A DNA stretch of 64,000 nt, from NCBI RefSeq assembly GCF_009914755.1, contig NC_060941.1; one strand, given 5' to 3'. The stretch is from the human T2T-CHM13v2.0 reference genome, Homo sapiens. This document shows, piece after piece, positions 1-16,129 of the stretch. The position numbers were made by a program, and so were the translations under genes. The notes under the pieces were generated by a model. That model ran no database searches. It was not told the DNA's origin and saw only the letters and a list, made by a program, of their open reading frames with translations. Position 1 is the stretch's first letter; each line of letters starts with the position of its first letter.

Positions 1-92
1 CAACCATCTGTGCAAAACCCAACTGATGCCCCAAGCTAACCTCCCATCCACTGTTCCACCTATGCCATGATATTATATCTATAGCTATAGAT

Positions 93-139
<47 letters not shown>
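93..139. repeat. (GATA)11 tetranucleotide microsatellite
   Basis: 11 perfect GATA units (93-136) plus GAT. Confidence 0.97.
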
Positions 140-719
140 TGGTTTTTGCCTACCGGTCCTGGCTTATAACTCCCATAGCCCTTACTACAGTCTTTAGCTA
201 TATGGTGGGGCACTTTAGGCCTCAGAAACAGAATCTCTCTCTCTGACCTTCCCCCGTCCTCCTTTCACCAGCCAGGGAGGGCATGGAAGCTCCACGCCCC
301 TTCCCCCATATGGTTGCAGCTCTTCATCTGTATCCTTTGTACAATAAACAAGTATGCAGAATTCAGTGTTCCTGGAGTTCTACGAGCTGCTGTAGCAAAT
401 TAATCAAACGCAAGGAGGAGGCTGTGGGATCCCAGTTGGTCAGAAGCATAGGTAAAACAACCCAGGGCTGGCAATTGGCATCAGAATTGGGGGGAAGTCT
501 TGGGGACTGAGCCCTAAACCTGTGGGATCTGATGGTGCTTTCAGGTAGATGGTGTCAGAATTGAATTGGAGGACACCCAGCTGGTGTCCACTACAGAAGC
601 GATGGCTTGCTTGGTGTGTGGGGAAAATCCCCTACTCCTTTGGTCACAGAAGTTTTCTGGGTTGATTGTTGTGTTGTGAGAGAAGAGGAAAAACATTTTG
701 AGTTTTTTCCATTCAGACA
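140..719 (+). mobile_element. MER21-family ERVL LTR
   Basis: GGGAGGGCATGGAAGCTCC, GGGGACTGAGCCCT, AATTGAATTGGAGGACACCCAGCTGGTGTCC match recalled MER21A/B consensus. Confidence 0.8.
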
Positions 720-972
720 TACCTGTTCTGTTTATTCATGGCCTACCACATCTAATTGTGCAGACTCCATTCGTCTTGTTTCTTCCAAATCAAATTTCCC
801 TTTGGCAATAAAGGGCTCTCTGGATGCAGCGCTGGATGTCATCTTTCAGGATATGAGAAAATCTTTGTTATGTTAAAAAATGTTATGGATTTCCACATGT
901 TAGCAGCAATGTTCATAGTACTTATTGGCTGAGCAAATACTCAATGTTGAAAAAGCTACCGTGAATTCGGTA

Positions 973-1303
<331 letters not shown>

Positions 1304-1582
1304 TAAGCATGCAGTTTGTGCAGGTTGCAGACAAAGCTTGGCACACATATGGATTCAAGGATCCTTTGCAATGGTGCCACGGCCTGTGAGTTGGAAGCCA
1401 TTAAGGTAGAATAGTGCTAATGAGCAGGACAGCAAAGTCCAGGGAGGTTTTCACTTCTCCTCTCGCTTGCTGGCAGAGGAAAGTGGACCTAACGGCATGA
1501 ATCAAATGTCTTTGCTCTAATAGTGCCTGATTATTTTCTGTAAGCCTCTGTCAATACTACGCTTCAGCTTAACTGCAGTGGG

Positions 1583-1942
<360 letters not shown>

Positions 1943-2303
1943 TCATGGACAAATCCCATTTGCAATATAAACCTCTGCTTGCAACTAATAGAAACTGATA
2001 TCTAGAAAATGTGATCCATTATCTCCCCTGCTGTGGTCTGCTCACTTCCAGAATTTCATTTCACATTTGAGGCTACCTGAAGATGCTAACATTATGTCAA
2101 GAATTTCCTGAAAATGAAAAGAACTCATTTAGGCAGCTAATTATCAATAGAAATTATTGATTTCTATTGGTAGGTCATCTGCAGCGTGGTCTAGCATCTT
2201 GAGGCCAGAAATTCATCCCGTGTGCAATGGAAAACTCGGTATCTCTCTCAATACTGCAAGGATTCTTCCATGCACTTTCTAAGCCTTGCCACTGTTGAGT
2301 TCC

Positions 2304-2565
2304 TTTTTTTTTTTTTTTTTGTGGGGTGACAGGGTCTCTCTCTGCTACCCAGGCTAGAGTACAGTGATCAAAGGTCACTGCAGTCTCAAACTCCTGGGCT
2401 CAAACAATCTACCTGCCTCAGCCTCCTGAGTAGCTGGAACTACATGTATGCACCATCTTGACCAGTTAAATTAAAAAAAAATTGCTCTGTAGAGACAGAT
2501 ACCGCTATGTTGCCCAGGCTGGTCTTGAACTCCCAGCTTCAAGTGATTCTCCCACCTTGGCCTCC
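2304..2565 (-). mobile_element. AluJ, 5'-truncated
   Basis: T-tract, J-type CTCAAACTCCTGGGCTCAA; TSD-like CTGTTGAGTTCC/CTGCTGAGTTCT. Confidence 0.9.
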
Positions 2566-3279
2566 TGTCTGCTGAGTTCTTGACCAATCCTATGGCTTTT
2601 CTGAATGTTCTGTTCCTTATCTATTCTGCATTGCCTCTCTGCATAGCACATTACCTCACTGGGCATTTCCCAACTTCTTTACTCCCCAGACTACCAGCGG
2701 GTCAAGGCTGTGTGTGAAGCCTGATTTACTAAAGGTTGGGGCAACGGAAGAAGTTTCTTGGAGAGTAGCATGGTAAATAACATAATATAGGTATTAGAAA
2801 TTGTTGCTCACGAATACCTCTTGGTTGTTCCCGGATGTAAGTAACTTCCACTGGTATTTTTGTTTTGTTGGGCTCCTGGCTCCATTGACTTCTTCTTCCT
2901 CTCTGCCTCTGTGCCCCCAACCCTCTCTATTTTCTCGGATATTTCACACAGAGCAGATCAGCCATACATAGCTTTATCTGAGTCCAGGTCTTCCAGGTTA
3001 CACACAGAGGGTTTTCTTTTCAAAACCAAACACATACAAAGGTTAGTTTCTGTACAAAGACTCTCCTCCTTGTGAGAACTAATGATCAGCTCTGCACGTC
3101 TTTTCTCCCTTTGCCTGGGATATGTTCGGTCATAGATTCACAGAAGGTTGGGCTGAGTGAGACCTCAGAATCTATCAAGTTAAACTCCCCATTTGATGCT
3201 TGGATTCCTTCTTTGGTCTCTGAAAAGTGACTGCCATTCCCTGCTTGCACCCCTCCAGTGTCAGCAGTGGTATGGCTTA

Positions 3280-3460
3280 TTTTGCCACCTGGATAGTTTA
3301 TGCATCTTCTTGAGCTGCAGCTTCCTATGCTGTAAAAGGGAGATGGTAGAATAGCATCTACCTCCCAGAGTTGTTGCAAGGATCAGATGAGGTGGTGAAT
3401 ACAAAGGGCTCTGCACAGCACCTGGCACAAACTTGGCACTTGATAGCTGTCCACTGTTAG
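3280..3460 (+). mobile_element. MIR
   Basis: MIR core CTGTAAAAGGGAGAT...AATAGCATCTACCTCCCAGAGTTGTTG...AGCACCTGGCAC. Confidence 0.75.
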
Positions 3461-3501
3461 TGTCCTGTCAGGGGTAGAAGGATGCAGCCTGCACATGGTG
3501 A

Positions 3502-4084
<583 letters not shown>

Positions 4085-5046
4085 TAGGTGACAGTGTCTT
4101 TAGTTGTCTCTCCACATGGGAAAATCTGATTTTGTAAAACTACAGAATTTCTAGGAGGTGGTGGCAGTGGGAGAGGCAGGGACAAGGAGGAGGAGTTGTC
4201 TGGGAGGTTCGGGGGAGCAAGCAGGGGTTGGTGGTGTGAACCTGATCAGGGGCAGGTTTGGCCACCAGTCTTGATGGGCCCTGAGCTATGTGGGATGATG
4301 GGGAGGCAATGAAGGCTGGGCCAGGAAGAGACTTTTCCAGAATTTTTGTGACACTATGATTTGACCTCAGAGAGTGGGCTCTGCCTGAACTATGACCCTG
4401 GCCACAGATGAAGCAGCAGATGAAGCTGCTACAGCCATAGGCTGAGTGCCAGTCTGGGCTAGTCACATTTCGAGTGTTATCTCTGGGTGGAAGTTTGCAT
4501 CACTCAGAGCCCCCTACCCTCCCAGGGGCCCACACTATGGACTCTTGGCAGTGGCAGCAGTTCTGGAGCTGGCAGATGGCACATGTCTGCCTCAGAAGGA
4601 TTCCCAGTTCTGTTTGCAGCTCCCCTAGGATACCACCGATGTTCCCAAGAGGGGCTGTGAAATTCTCAGATAATTCTCAAAATAAAATTAATTTTGATAC
4701 ATTTTCATTTAAAAATAATAAGTGCTAGACAGAACTGTGTGGGGGAAAAGCTGCAGAAGGAAGTCAGAAAAGGAAGCCAGCCACCACGTTCTGCTGTCCC
4801 TGGAAGAGCCGGCGGGGGTCCCCTCCGTAGCGGCCAGATCCCTAGATCCATCTGCAGGGGCCCACAAACCCCATCACTCCACCTGTGATGTGGGGACCTG
4901 GGACTCAAACTCCTTGGAGGCAGTGCCTGTGGCCGCTGAGAAATGCTCATTGCAGATCCCAGTGCCTGGGATCCTGAAGGCATCTATTGGACATCATTAC
5001 CTCCCTACCTTGCACTCTCTCACTCCCTTTCTCTCTGTGGGACTGA

Positions 5047-5975
<929 letters not shown>

Positions 5976-7261
5976 CTACTGGAAGGCTGAGCGGAGGTCA
6001 GAGCTCAGCCCTTGGTTCTTAGTCATTGGGGAGAAGCTGGGGATTGGGGGTGGGTGGAATCTGACAGGGTGAGGAGTCCTGGCTTCAGTCCTTGGTTCCA
6101 GGACTTTGGCTTCGTCCTACAGGGACCCTCACTCAAACCAGCTGCGCTTGAGACTTGGAGGTGAGCTGCAGAGAAGCTGGCCAAGGACAGGCTTTCATTG
6201 TCCCTGAGGGTATCTGCTCTGAGATGGATATTAGTTGGCTTGGGAATTATCTCCTGGCTGCCACAGTGGATTTTCTGGAGAAAGGCAATGGGCTTTCCTG
6301 ATCTCATCTGAGGGAGAGTCTCAGCTCACAGCCCTTTGCCTTGCAGCCTCCTGAAATGTCTCTCTGCCTTAAGGAATAGAAGAATACCTGGACTGGGGGG
6401 TGGGGGAGGGGTGTGGGAGAAGAAAGAAAGAGAGAGAGAGAGATTATTTTTCAGGTAGGTGTATTTTCTGTCTCTTGAACCTGAAGTGACCACCTTAGTG
6501 TTTCCTTCTATCTGTCAGAATCTTTTTTTTCAAGTTCTGGACCAAATGCTACTTCCTTCTTGCAATCTTCCCTGATCTCCTTCCCCTTTCTGCTATTCGC
6601 CTTTTGTACTAACTCCTCCCTCTGCGGAATCCTAGGAAACATGGCTTATTCCTCTTCTTTTATGAAACAATTTCCTATTTTTGTCCTTATTTTTCAGTAA
6701 ATGACTTATAGTAGGGGTTCAGCTTACTGAACCCTTTCTATGAAACTGAGTCAGTTTCTTCTTCTCTGCATAAGTGGCAGTTCTGTCTAAGTCAGCTCAG
6801 CTCAGTCATCAGCTCATGGGTGATGGGGACAGCCCTGCCAGGCTCTTCCTCACCTACAATATCACCTGCTCACCAAGTCCTACCAATTCTTTATGTTAGC
6901 ACTTTTTCCTCACCTGGGTCTATACAAGTTCCACATTTCCATGGGGCCACTCTGTTCTTTATTTGGCAAAAACGGGGGCTCAGTCTCCATCCTACATATG
7001 GTGGGGAATACAAATGTCATGCCTCCAGATCTCTGGGGATTTGGGGAGAACTTCCATTTCTCCCGGTCCTGACCTTCAATCTCACTCTCATACCTGTCAG
7101 ACCAAAACTGGTTTCTCCAAAGGACACTAGCATAAGGAATAGGGTGTTACAGCATTTTATTAACCATCTGGGAGTGATAGAGGAGTTTTTAATTGTGATA
7201 CTGTATAGCAAATACGTTTGAATATTGGACATTTCTGATAATTTGGGGAAAAGTTAATTTT

Positions 7262-8430
<1,169 letters not shown>

Positions 8431-8433
8431 TCT

Positions 8434-8452
8434 TTCTCTCTCTCTCTCTCGC

Positions 8453-8510
<58 letters not shown>
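8434..8510. repeat. Compound (CT)n-(TG)n-(TA)23 microsatellite
   Basis: (TA)23 at 8465-8510 preceded by CT and TG runs. Confidence 0.96.
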
Positions 8511-8511
<1 letters not shown>

Positions 8512-8570
8512 TGGCCAACTGGCCCATCCCCTAGCCTGACTCCAAACAGAAACTGGTTTACTTGGTGCTT

Positions 8571-9197
8571 GTGGTAGACCAGGTGGTTCCCTCTCCGACG
8601 GCTCCTCCATTCTTTGCTTGTGGGTGCAACAGTTATGTGAAAAGGCCATGTCATTTTTGAGTTATCTACCCCAACCCTAGTTCTAAGCATTGATTCTGAT
8701 TTCTTTTTAGAAATAAGATGGTTAAGATTAGGAAGCTGATTGGTTTCTCCCTGCTACAGTGTCTCCTTCTACTAACCCAGGCATAAGCTGGTGGGTGCCA
8801 GGCCTTCTGATGAGGAGATTGGTTCAGGAATGGACCTGTGGTCCAAATCAGACCATTGACTCTAAGGAGAGGTGGGTTATGGGAAAGACGGTTGCTCATG
8901 GGCCTGAGAGATCTACAGAAGGCTAGCTCCTCTTTCTCAAAGGTTTGGGATATAGAAGGGACCTGGAGCTGCTGCAGCCCTTTGCCACCACGAGGTAAGC
9001 TGACACTAGAGAAGGCAGAGGGGAGATGCAGAAGGCACCAGCTCCTCGATGGGATTATCGAATGACCAAATCCAACCCATCCTGAAGTCTGCCTTACCTC
9101 AAGGACTTCCAAGTTCATGAGCTGATACATTCTTATATTGCTTAGGTCAGTTTGAGTTGCTTTTTTTTGACTTGTGCCATAAAGAGTCCTGGCAGAT
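8571..9197 (+). mobile_element. MLT1 (J/K-like) MaLR LTR
   Basis: 3' end TTGCTTAGGTCAGTTTGAGTTG...GACTTGTGCCATAAAGAGTCCT; internal ATTGGTTCAGGAATGG and CCTGGAGCTGCTGCAGCC. Confidence 0.7.
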
Positions 9198-9344
9198 CAG
9201 GCTCTGTTGGGGCTCTTCTGCTGACCTGGCTCTCCACTTTCCTGCTCCCTAGTGATGCTTCTCTGTCCCAACAAAGAGAGGTATGAGGTCTCTGCTCTGC
9301 TGACAAGCCTCTAGTGCTGATGCAGCATTGACTTGCAGATGTGG

Positions 9345-9535
9345 GGGGCTTTAGAATCAGACACCTGGGTGTTTAAATCCCTCACAAGCTGTGGGACCTT
9401 GGACAAGTTGTCCACCCTCTCTTACTTTAAGTTTTCTCTCAAAAATGGAACAACAGCAACAAAAATCAACCTCTCTCTCTTAGGGCTCTTGTGAATGAGA
9501 TGATGCATAGAAAATCTGGCACGCAGTAGGACCGC
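9345..9535 (+). mobile_element. MIR
   Basis: GGCTTTAGAATCAGAC...GCTGTGGGACCTTGGACAAGTT...CTGGCACGCAGTAGG. Confidence 0.8.
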
Positions 9536-10137
9536 AGCCAGCTTCACCTCCATGTCCCTCTGCTCTTGCCTCTTCATCACAGAGGGTGCTCTACTGTGCT
9601 TTGAGCCTTAACGTAGACTCTGGCCTTCTGGAGGTCAGCTTCTTAGACTTAGAATGCCAGTGAGTTTTTGAAAAGAAAACAAATCCCTATTGCCAGAGAA
9701 GATAAACAGCTCAGCCATTTGCTAAAACAAATATTAGTTCAGGGCTGTCCAGGGAGAGCAAGCAGCTCCAAGCTCTGCTTGTATTTTGTATCCTTCGAGG
9801 AGCTGGTGCGTCTGCTGCTGAGGACAAGCATCTTGTGGGGAGGGTGGGAGGAGGGCAGTTGCCCTGGAAGCTGTTCTCGGCACCCCACCTCCTGTCCCTC
9901 CCGCCGGCATCACTTATCAGGCATCTGGGGCATTTATCCTGCGCCTGCCCTCTCTGTGTCTGCCTGGGCTCATGTTCTGGCCTGGGGCCTGGAGTTGGCT
10001 TCTCTTGGCCTTGACCATATCCAGAGGATCGCAGTCAGATCCACTGGTCTGACTGGCTGTGCATTCAGACAGGTTCTGAGAATGGTCAGGGAGACACAAA
10101 CTCCCACTCATGGGTATTCATGGCTCACATTGTAGTC

Positions 10138-10358
10138 CAGGGTTTGCCAGCCTGTGTGCTATTGACATCGTGGGTCTGGTAATTCATTGTTGTGTGGGGC
10201 TGTCCTGGACATTGCAGGCTGTTTGACAGCATCCCGGGCCTCCACCCACTAGATAAACAGTAGCACTCCCCTCCCCTAGTTGTGAACAACTAAAAATGTC
10301 TCCAGGCTGTACCTAATACTACCCTGGGGGAAAACATGGCCTCTAATGGAGAACCATG
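10138..10358 (-). mobile_element. MER20 (hAT-Charlie)
   Basis: Reverse complement of MER20: CAGGGTTT...CTATTGACAT...GGGGCTGTCCTG...AAAAATGTCTCCAG...GAGAACCA. Confidence 0.9.
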
Positions 10359-10364
10359 ATTCTA

Positions 10365-10565
10365 GTAGAAGGCAGCGGAGACAGCTGGAGTTAGCTATAT
10401 CTTGGTTCAAATCCTGGCCCTATCACTCACCAGCTGTGATATTGGGCTGGTTAACGTAACCTCTCTGAGCCTCAACTTGTGAACCTGTAACATGGGAACC
10501 ATGATAGCACTATTTCATAGGACGGCTGCGAGGGAATGACATGAGATCATTTACAGGGAGGTGCC
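10365..10565 (+). mobile_element. MIR
   Basis: GGTTCAAATCCTGGCCCT...CAGCTGTGATATTGGGC...AACCTCTCTGAGCCTCA. Confidence 0.85.
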
Positions 10566-10603
10566 TGCCCCCCGGTCTCCTCTCTCCATGTCAAACTGCT
10601 TGT

Positions 10604-10710
10604 ATAGACTGTAAACCCCACGAGGGCAGGGGCATGCCTCTGTCGTTCACCGCTGTGTCCCCAGCCCCCAGCACAGTGCCTGCTGCGTGTCGGCGCTCAG
10701 GAAATGAATG
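10604..10710 (+). mobile_element. L2 3' end
   Basis: TAGACTGTAAACCCCACGAGGGCAGGG...AGCACAGTGCCTG...GAATG. Confidence 0.8.
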
Positions 10711-10978
10711 GTATTCTTCGATGCTCTGGGCTTTGCTGAACTTACACTTTACTGCTACTTAATGCTCTTGACAAAAATCCCCTTAGCTCCTGGCCTCCCT
10801 GAGGCCGAAAATCTCTACTCAGTCTGGGTTTTATATGCTTATCCGAAGCTCACAGTTGCCTCCCTTGGGAAGGTTCTAGAAAGCCTGCTCTTGCCCTGGC
10901 CCACTGTCACCACCCTGGAGTCAGTTTGATGGCAGTGGCTCCAGGAGCATCAAGCTCCACATTTCCATTGCTGACTCC

Positions 10979-11168
10979 CAGGGCATCCCCTAGACCATGG
11001 ATCATTGGCAGAGTGGAGGTGATTGACATATCCTGCAGGGCATCCTCCAGACCATGGCTCATTGGCAGAGTGGAGATGATTGACATCTCTTAGGTCCAAT
11101 GCCAGGGCATCCTCCAGACCATGGCTCATTGGCAGAGTGGAGGTGATTGACATATCCTGGGTCCAATG
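10979..11168. repeat. Three-copy tandem repeat (57/67/66 bp units)
   Basis: Unit core CAGGGCATCC..YAGACCATGG.TCATTGGCAGAGTGGAGRTGATTGACAT at 10979, 11036, 11103. Confidence 0.95.
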
Positions 11169-11316
11169 AAAGATCAAGTCCTTTCCTACTCCAATGACCA
11201 GCTCCACTCACCACCTTATGAGGCTCCCTTGGATGACTCCTAATCCTGCAAGCAGGCAAATTGGTGGACTTCCTATCATTTCTGTGTCCTAAAGGCTAGT
11301 TTAAGAATATAAACTA

Positions 11317-11690
<374 letters not shown>

Positions 11691-11749
11691 CTAGACCTGT
11701 AGTGAGGCTTATGGTGATGGGAGGGCAAGATAAGCTTTTCCTTTGAAGG

Positions 11750-12369
11750 TGAAACCGTGCCCCAAAGGGTTAGAGAAACGAATGACTAAATGTTTGGGCT
11801 TACAGGATAGCAGATGAAAAACCAGTTGCCTAACAGCTGAAACAGAACTGTGCCCCAAAGAGTAAGAAACCAGTGACTAACGGATATCCTTGAATTTGCA
11901 GGACTGCAGATAAGAAAAGAAAAAACTTACAGCAATGCTGAAACTCCCTTCCCTTGCAGGATAACAGAACTGGCTGAAATCGGTGAAAACCAATACGGCT
12001 GACTGGAGTTTGCGCAGAATGAGCTTGCTAATGTCACCACCTCAAATTCCACTGCATGCTTCATACTTACTCCCCCTGAATGTGCACGTGCGATCCAGGA
12101 AGTAGTATGAAGAGATAACTGTGCATGCCAGAGGACTTTCCAGCCTCCCATTTCCTTCCACCAGTCACCCACCAATCCTAGAATCCATTCCCTAAACCTT
12201 TTCTAACAAAACTGCTGCCCTAAAGCTGGCCCAGGGAGACAGATTTGAGCTGGACTCCTGTCTCCTTGTTGGTCCACTTGCAATAAAAAGGTTTTCTTTT
12301 CTCAAAAATCTGGTGTCATAGTATTGACTTCTAGTGCATCAGGCAGTGAGCCCCCTTTGCTTGGTAACA
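11750..12369 (+). mobile_element. Solo ERV1-class LTR (LTR29-like), 620 bp
   Basis: TG...CA termini, perfect 4-bp TSD AAGG (11746-49, 12370-73), AATAAA at 12282, internally duplicated 5' segment; family name from memory. Confidence 0.8.
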
Positions 12370-13164
12370 AAGGCACTGCCAATTAAGTAGGGAAGTCAAG
12401 ACGAATGAGACAAGTAAAGAACATACAAGCTCCAAAGTGATGATGAGAGATTGTGAATGGAGCTGGAGAAGCTGCTCAGGTGCCCTATCCTGACTTCCAA
12501 ATCCCCCTCCACCTGCTGTACCACCACCACCACCACCCTGATTTAGGCATCACTGCCTCTGACTTGAAATATTATGAATGGCTCTGACTGGTCTCTCTCC
12601 TTTCATCTGCCTCAAATCTGCCTCCAGAGATATCAAGCTGGTTTTTCTAAAATGCTAATCTGATTATACCACAGCATGCCTGGAAACTGTTTAAGGTTTA
12701 TTGTGATGTTATCTGCAATCATGGAACATTGGAAACGATTGGGGAATGGTTAAATAAATGGTGGTACATATCCGAAAATATTTCATAGCCATTACAAATA
12801 ATGTTTTAAAAGAGTAATTAGAGACCTGGAAAAATACTTGTAATGTAATGAGAAACTGGATTCAAAACTATTTGGTATGATAAAGGTTTAGTAAGTATGT
12901 CCAGAAGTATGTCCATGTATATAATTGCAAGATTGGAATTTTATATATATATGGAAAAAAGTAACAATGATTATTTCTAGTTAGTAAGATACAGAGGATT
13001 TTTTATTTCTTCTAGGCTATAAACTTTATGAGGTCAGAGATTGTCTATCTTGCTTATTATTAATTTCTAATCCTTTACTAGGTATCCTGTACTGGTATTT
13101 AATCCTCTACTGGTATATAGTAGGCAAGCACTTGAAATGTTTTATGAGTGGAATTGAGTATGGA

Positions 13165-13459
13165 TTTTTTTTTTTTTTTTGAGATGGAATCTTGCTCTGT
13201 TGCCCAGGCTGGAGTGCAGTGGCACGATCTTGGCTCACTGCAACCTCCGCCTCCTGGGTTCAAGCAATTCTCTACCTCAGCCTCCTGAGTAGCTGGGATT
13301 ACAGGCACCCACCACCATGCCCGGATAATTTTTTGTATTTTTAGTAGAGACAGAGTTTCACCTGTTGGCCAGGCTGGTCACGAACTCCTGACCTCATGAT
13401 CCACTCACCTCAGCCTCCCAAAGTCCTGGGATTACAGGTATGAGCCACTGCGCCCGACC
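13165..13459 (-). mobile_element. AluS (Sc/Sg-like)
   Basis: Full antisense Alu; TSD GAGTATGGATTTT on both sides. Confidence 0.97.
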
Positions 13460-13501
13460 AGAGTATGGATTTTATAATTTCCAAATTTTGTTCAAAAACA
13501 T

Positions 13502-13882
13502 TGTCTTAGTTTGTGATTCCCTAGAAGCAGACACTGAGACAGGGTTTGGGTGCAAGCTGTTTATCCAAGAGGTGAGCTCAGATAGGGGACAGGGGAGGTG
13601 ACACAGGGAAGGGAAGGGAGCCAAACTGTGTGTTACTCATCAGGTTACCACATGGGAAGTGGCAGTTCATCCCACTGGGAAGCTCTAGAAGACTGCACAG
13701 AACATGTAAAATATCAGAGGGGCAAGGAAGCCGTGGTATTTATTCTCCAGTTCCCACCTGTGATGGCTGAGGGCAGCACCTGGGAGAGGTGAGCCCAGGT
13801 GCTTGTAGCAGGACACAGTCATCAGAGACTGGAATGGCAAGAGCTGAGAAGATGTAGGTAGGAAGTTGACAGGCTCTGCTAC
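13502..13882 (-). mobile_element. LTR16C-like ERVL LTR
   Basis: TGTCTTAGTTTG...AGAAGCAGACACTGAGACAGGG...GTGCAAG...GGGAAGGGAAGG matches antisense LTR16 end. Confidence 0.75.
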
Positions 13883-13912
13883 AAGCATGATAATTTAGAA
13901 ATAATAAGAAAA

Positions 13913-14207
<295 letters not shown>

Positions 14208-14326
14208 TTAGCATGTAATTATTAATGGCCTTGGGGAAGTTCCTTAAGGTTCCTGAGCCTGTGACTTTATATTCAAAGTAGAGACAGTAATTCCTGCCTG
14301 GCCTTGCTCTTAGGATTTGAGGAGAG

Positions 14327-14328
<2 letters not shown>

Positions 14329-14362
<34 letters not shown>
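14329..14362. repeat. (GT)17 microsatellite
   Basis: Direct count. Confidence 0.97.
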
Positions 14363-14365
<3 letters not shown>

Positions 14366-14659
14366 GTGGACTGAATGTCTGTGACCTCCCAAAATCCATA
14401 TGTTGAAGCTTAACCTCCAATGAACGTGATTGTATTTGTAGGAAGAAATGCCAGTGGTCTGTCTCCCCTGCCATCTGAGGACACAGTGAGAAGTCAGTCA
14501 TCTGCAAGCCAGGAAAAGAGCCCTCACTAAATCCAAATCTGCTGACACCTTGATCTTGGACTTTCCAGCCTCCAGAACCGTGAGAAATAAATGTCTGTTG
14601 TTGCTTAAGCCTCCCTAGTCTGTGGTATTTTGTTATGGCAGTCTGAGATGACTAAGACA
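14363..14659 (+). mobile_element. MLT1A-like MaLR LTR (internally deleted)
   Basis: GGACTGAATGTCTGTG...CCTTGATCTTGGACTTTCCAGCCTCCAGAACCGTGAGAAATAAA...GACTAAGACA. Confidence 0.85.
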
Positions 14660-15105
14660 GCATGTGTGTTTTAAAGCAAGAAAGCAATATAAATGTACCT
14701 CATATTTCCTGGGTCTTTTTCAGCAGAGTGTAAAAATTGGGTTCTTATTAAGCATCAGTTCCCACTCATGGAGCAGGGACTCCAGCAGCCCTGGGGTCAG
14801 CTCCTCCTAGTGAACTGCAAGTGCACAGAGGGTATCTTACAGGTGCTCTGCAGTGAGTCCTCTCAGAGACCCTGTGGAGCTGAATTTCTCTCCCTCCCAC
14901 TCTCTCCTCATTGTGGTGATATCTCTGATCCTGTGGATTCAGAGGAGAAAGCAGTGATACAGATGTTTATGGTGTCTGGCTCCAGACCACCAGCATCTGG
15001 TGCTGAAACTGGTGAGCCTTGGTAGCAACAGAATGAAGGACAACACCTTCAGCACCAGCCTGTCCAAGGCTCCAGGGATAAGATGAGCCAATATTCCCGT
15101 GAATC

Positions 15106-15218
15106 TAGGGTGACCAACCATCCTAATTTCCCTGGGACTCTCCCAGTTTTAGCACTGAAAGTCTCTTGTCCCAGGAAACTCCCCAGTCCCATGCAAATCA
15201 GGACAATTGGTTACCCTA
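15106..15218. mobile_element. MER81 (hAT-Blackjack MITE)
   Basis: TIRs TAGGGTGACCAA...TTGGTTACCCTA, core GTTTTAGCACTGAAAGT, 113 bp. Confidence 0.9.
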
Positions 15219-16129
15219 CTGCTAGTGTAAGATGTGTGTGGCACCCCATTCAGTTCCAGGCTGGGCACCTCAAGGAAGACTCCACCAGAAAATGAGCATC
15301 AGGAGTGCTGAGCAAAGCATCAACTCCTTCCCTAGCATTTTGTCTGGCTTAAAGCACCAGGTCCTCCTTCCTAGAATGAATCCCTAGAACTGTCCTGAGA
15401 AGACCACTATGAGGATGGCATTGAAGAGTCCATCACTTAGGCTGAGCTGAACCATTGACATGATCAAAAGGCAGCTCTGTCGATCTCATCAGTGTCTTGA
15501 CAAGGAGCATTGGGAGCCAAGAGCCCTGTTGGTAGCCTGTGCTCAGGGCTACAGGACTGGGGAAGGGAGTTCCCTGGTGGAAGCTATACAACCTGCCCTT
15601 CTGCCATTCCCTGGCATTGACTCCAAGGAGGGTCATGACATGCTTCAGGGATGCCATAGCTCTCAAGCGGTCTGAGCTTCTAACTCAAAGTGCCTTAAGC
15701 GGTCTCTTTATACAGTCAAAGGCTGGGAGGTCAATGTCAAACTCCTCTTATGTCTGGAGTCAGAGGAAAGAAGCTACACCAAGAGATGAGAAACACATAG
15801 GAGAAGAGAGTCTGCTGCGGCATGAGAAGACAGGCAGGGAGGTACAGAAGATACGATGGGAGAGATAGACCGAGCCTGAGTCCCTCATCCCAGGCACAGA
15901 AAAACTCCGTCCCCGATCCTGGATGTAGACTCACCTCTCTCTGGCCACACACTGATCTCTAACCTTGACCAAACCCTGAGCTCTGACCTTTGACTCTTAT
16001 CAAAGACTGAGACCCTGGCTACACACTGACTCTTGACCCCTGGGCAGCTACTGGGAGAGTCGTCTATGGACTTTGCAAATCTCTCTTTATGTAACAGCAG
16101 ACACAGGCTCTGTGTTCATGCACGAGCTC

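Noticed and set aside
6440-6460. Other AG|GT juxtapositions on the + strand (6453, 33817, 58545)
   Set aside because: Weaker polypyrimidine tract or donor than the 33079 site; not distinguishable from chance
10979-11168. CRISPR-like repeat array (also considered for 34031-34355 and LTR12C U5 repeats)
   Set aside because: Tandem units without unique spacers, no cas genes, eukaryotic context
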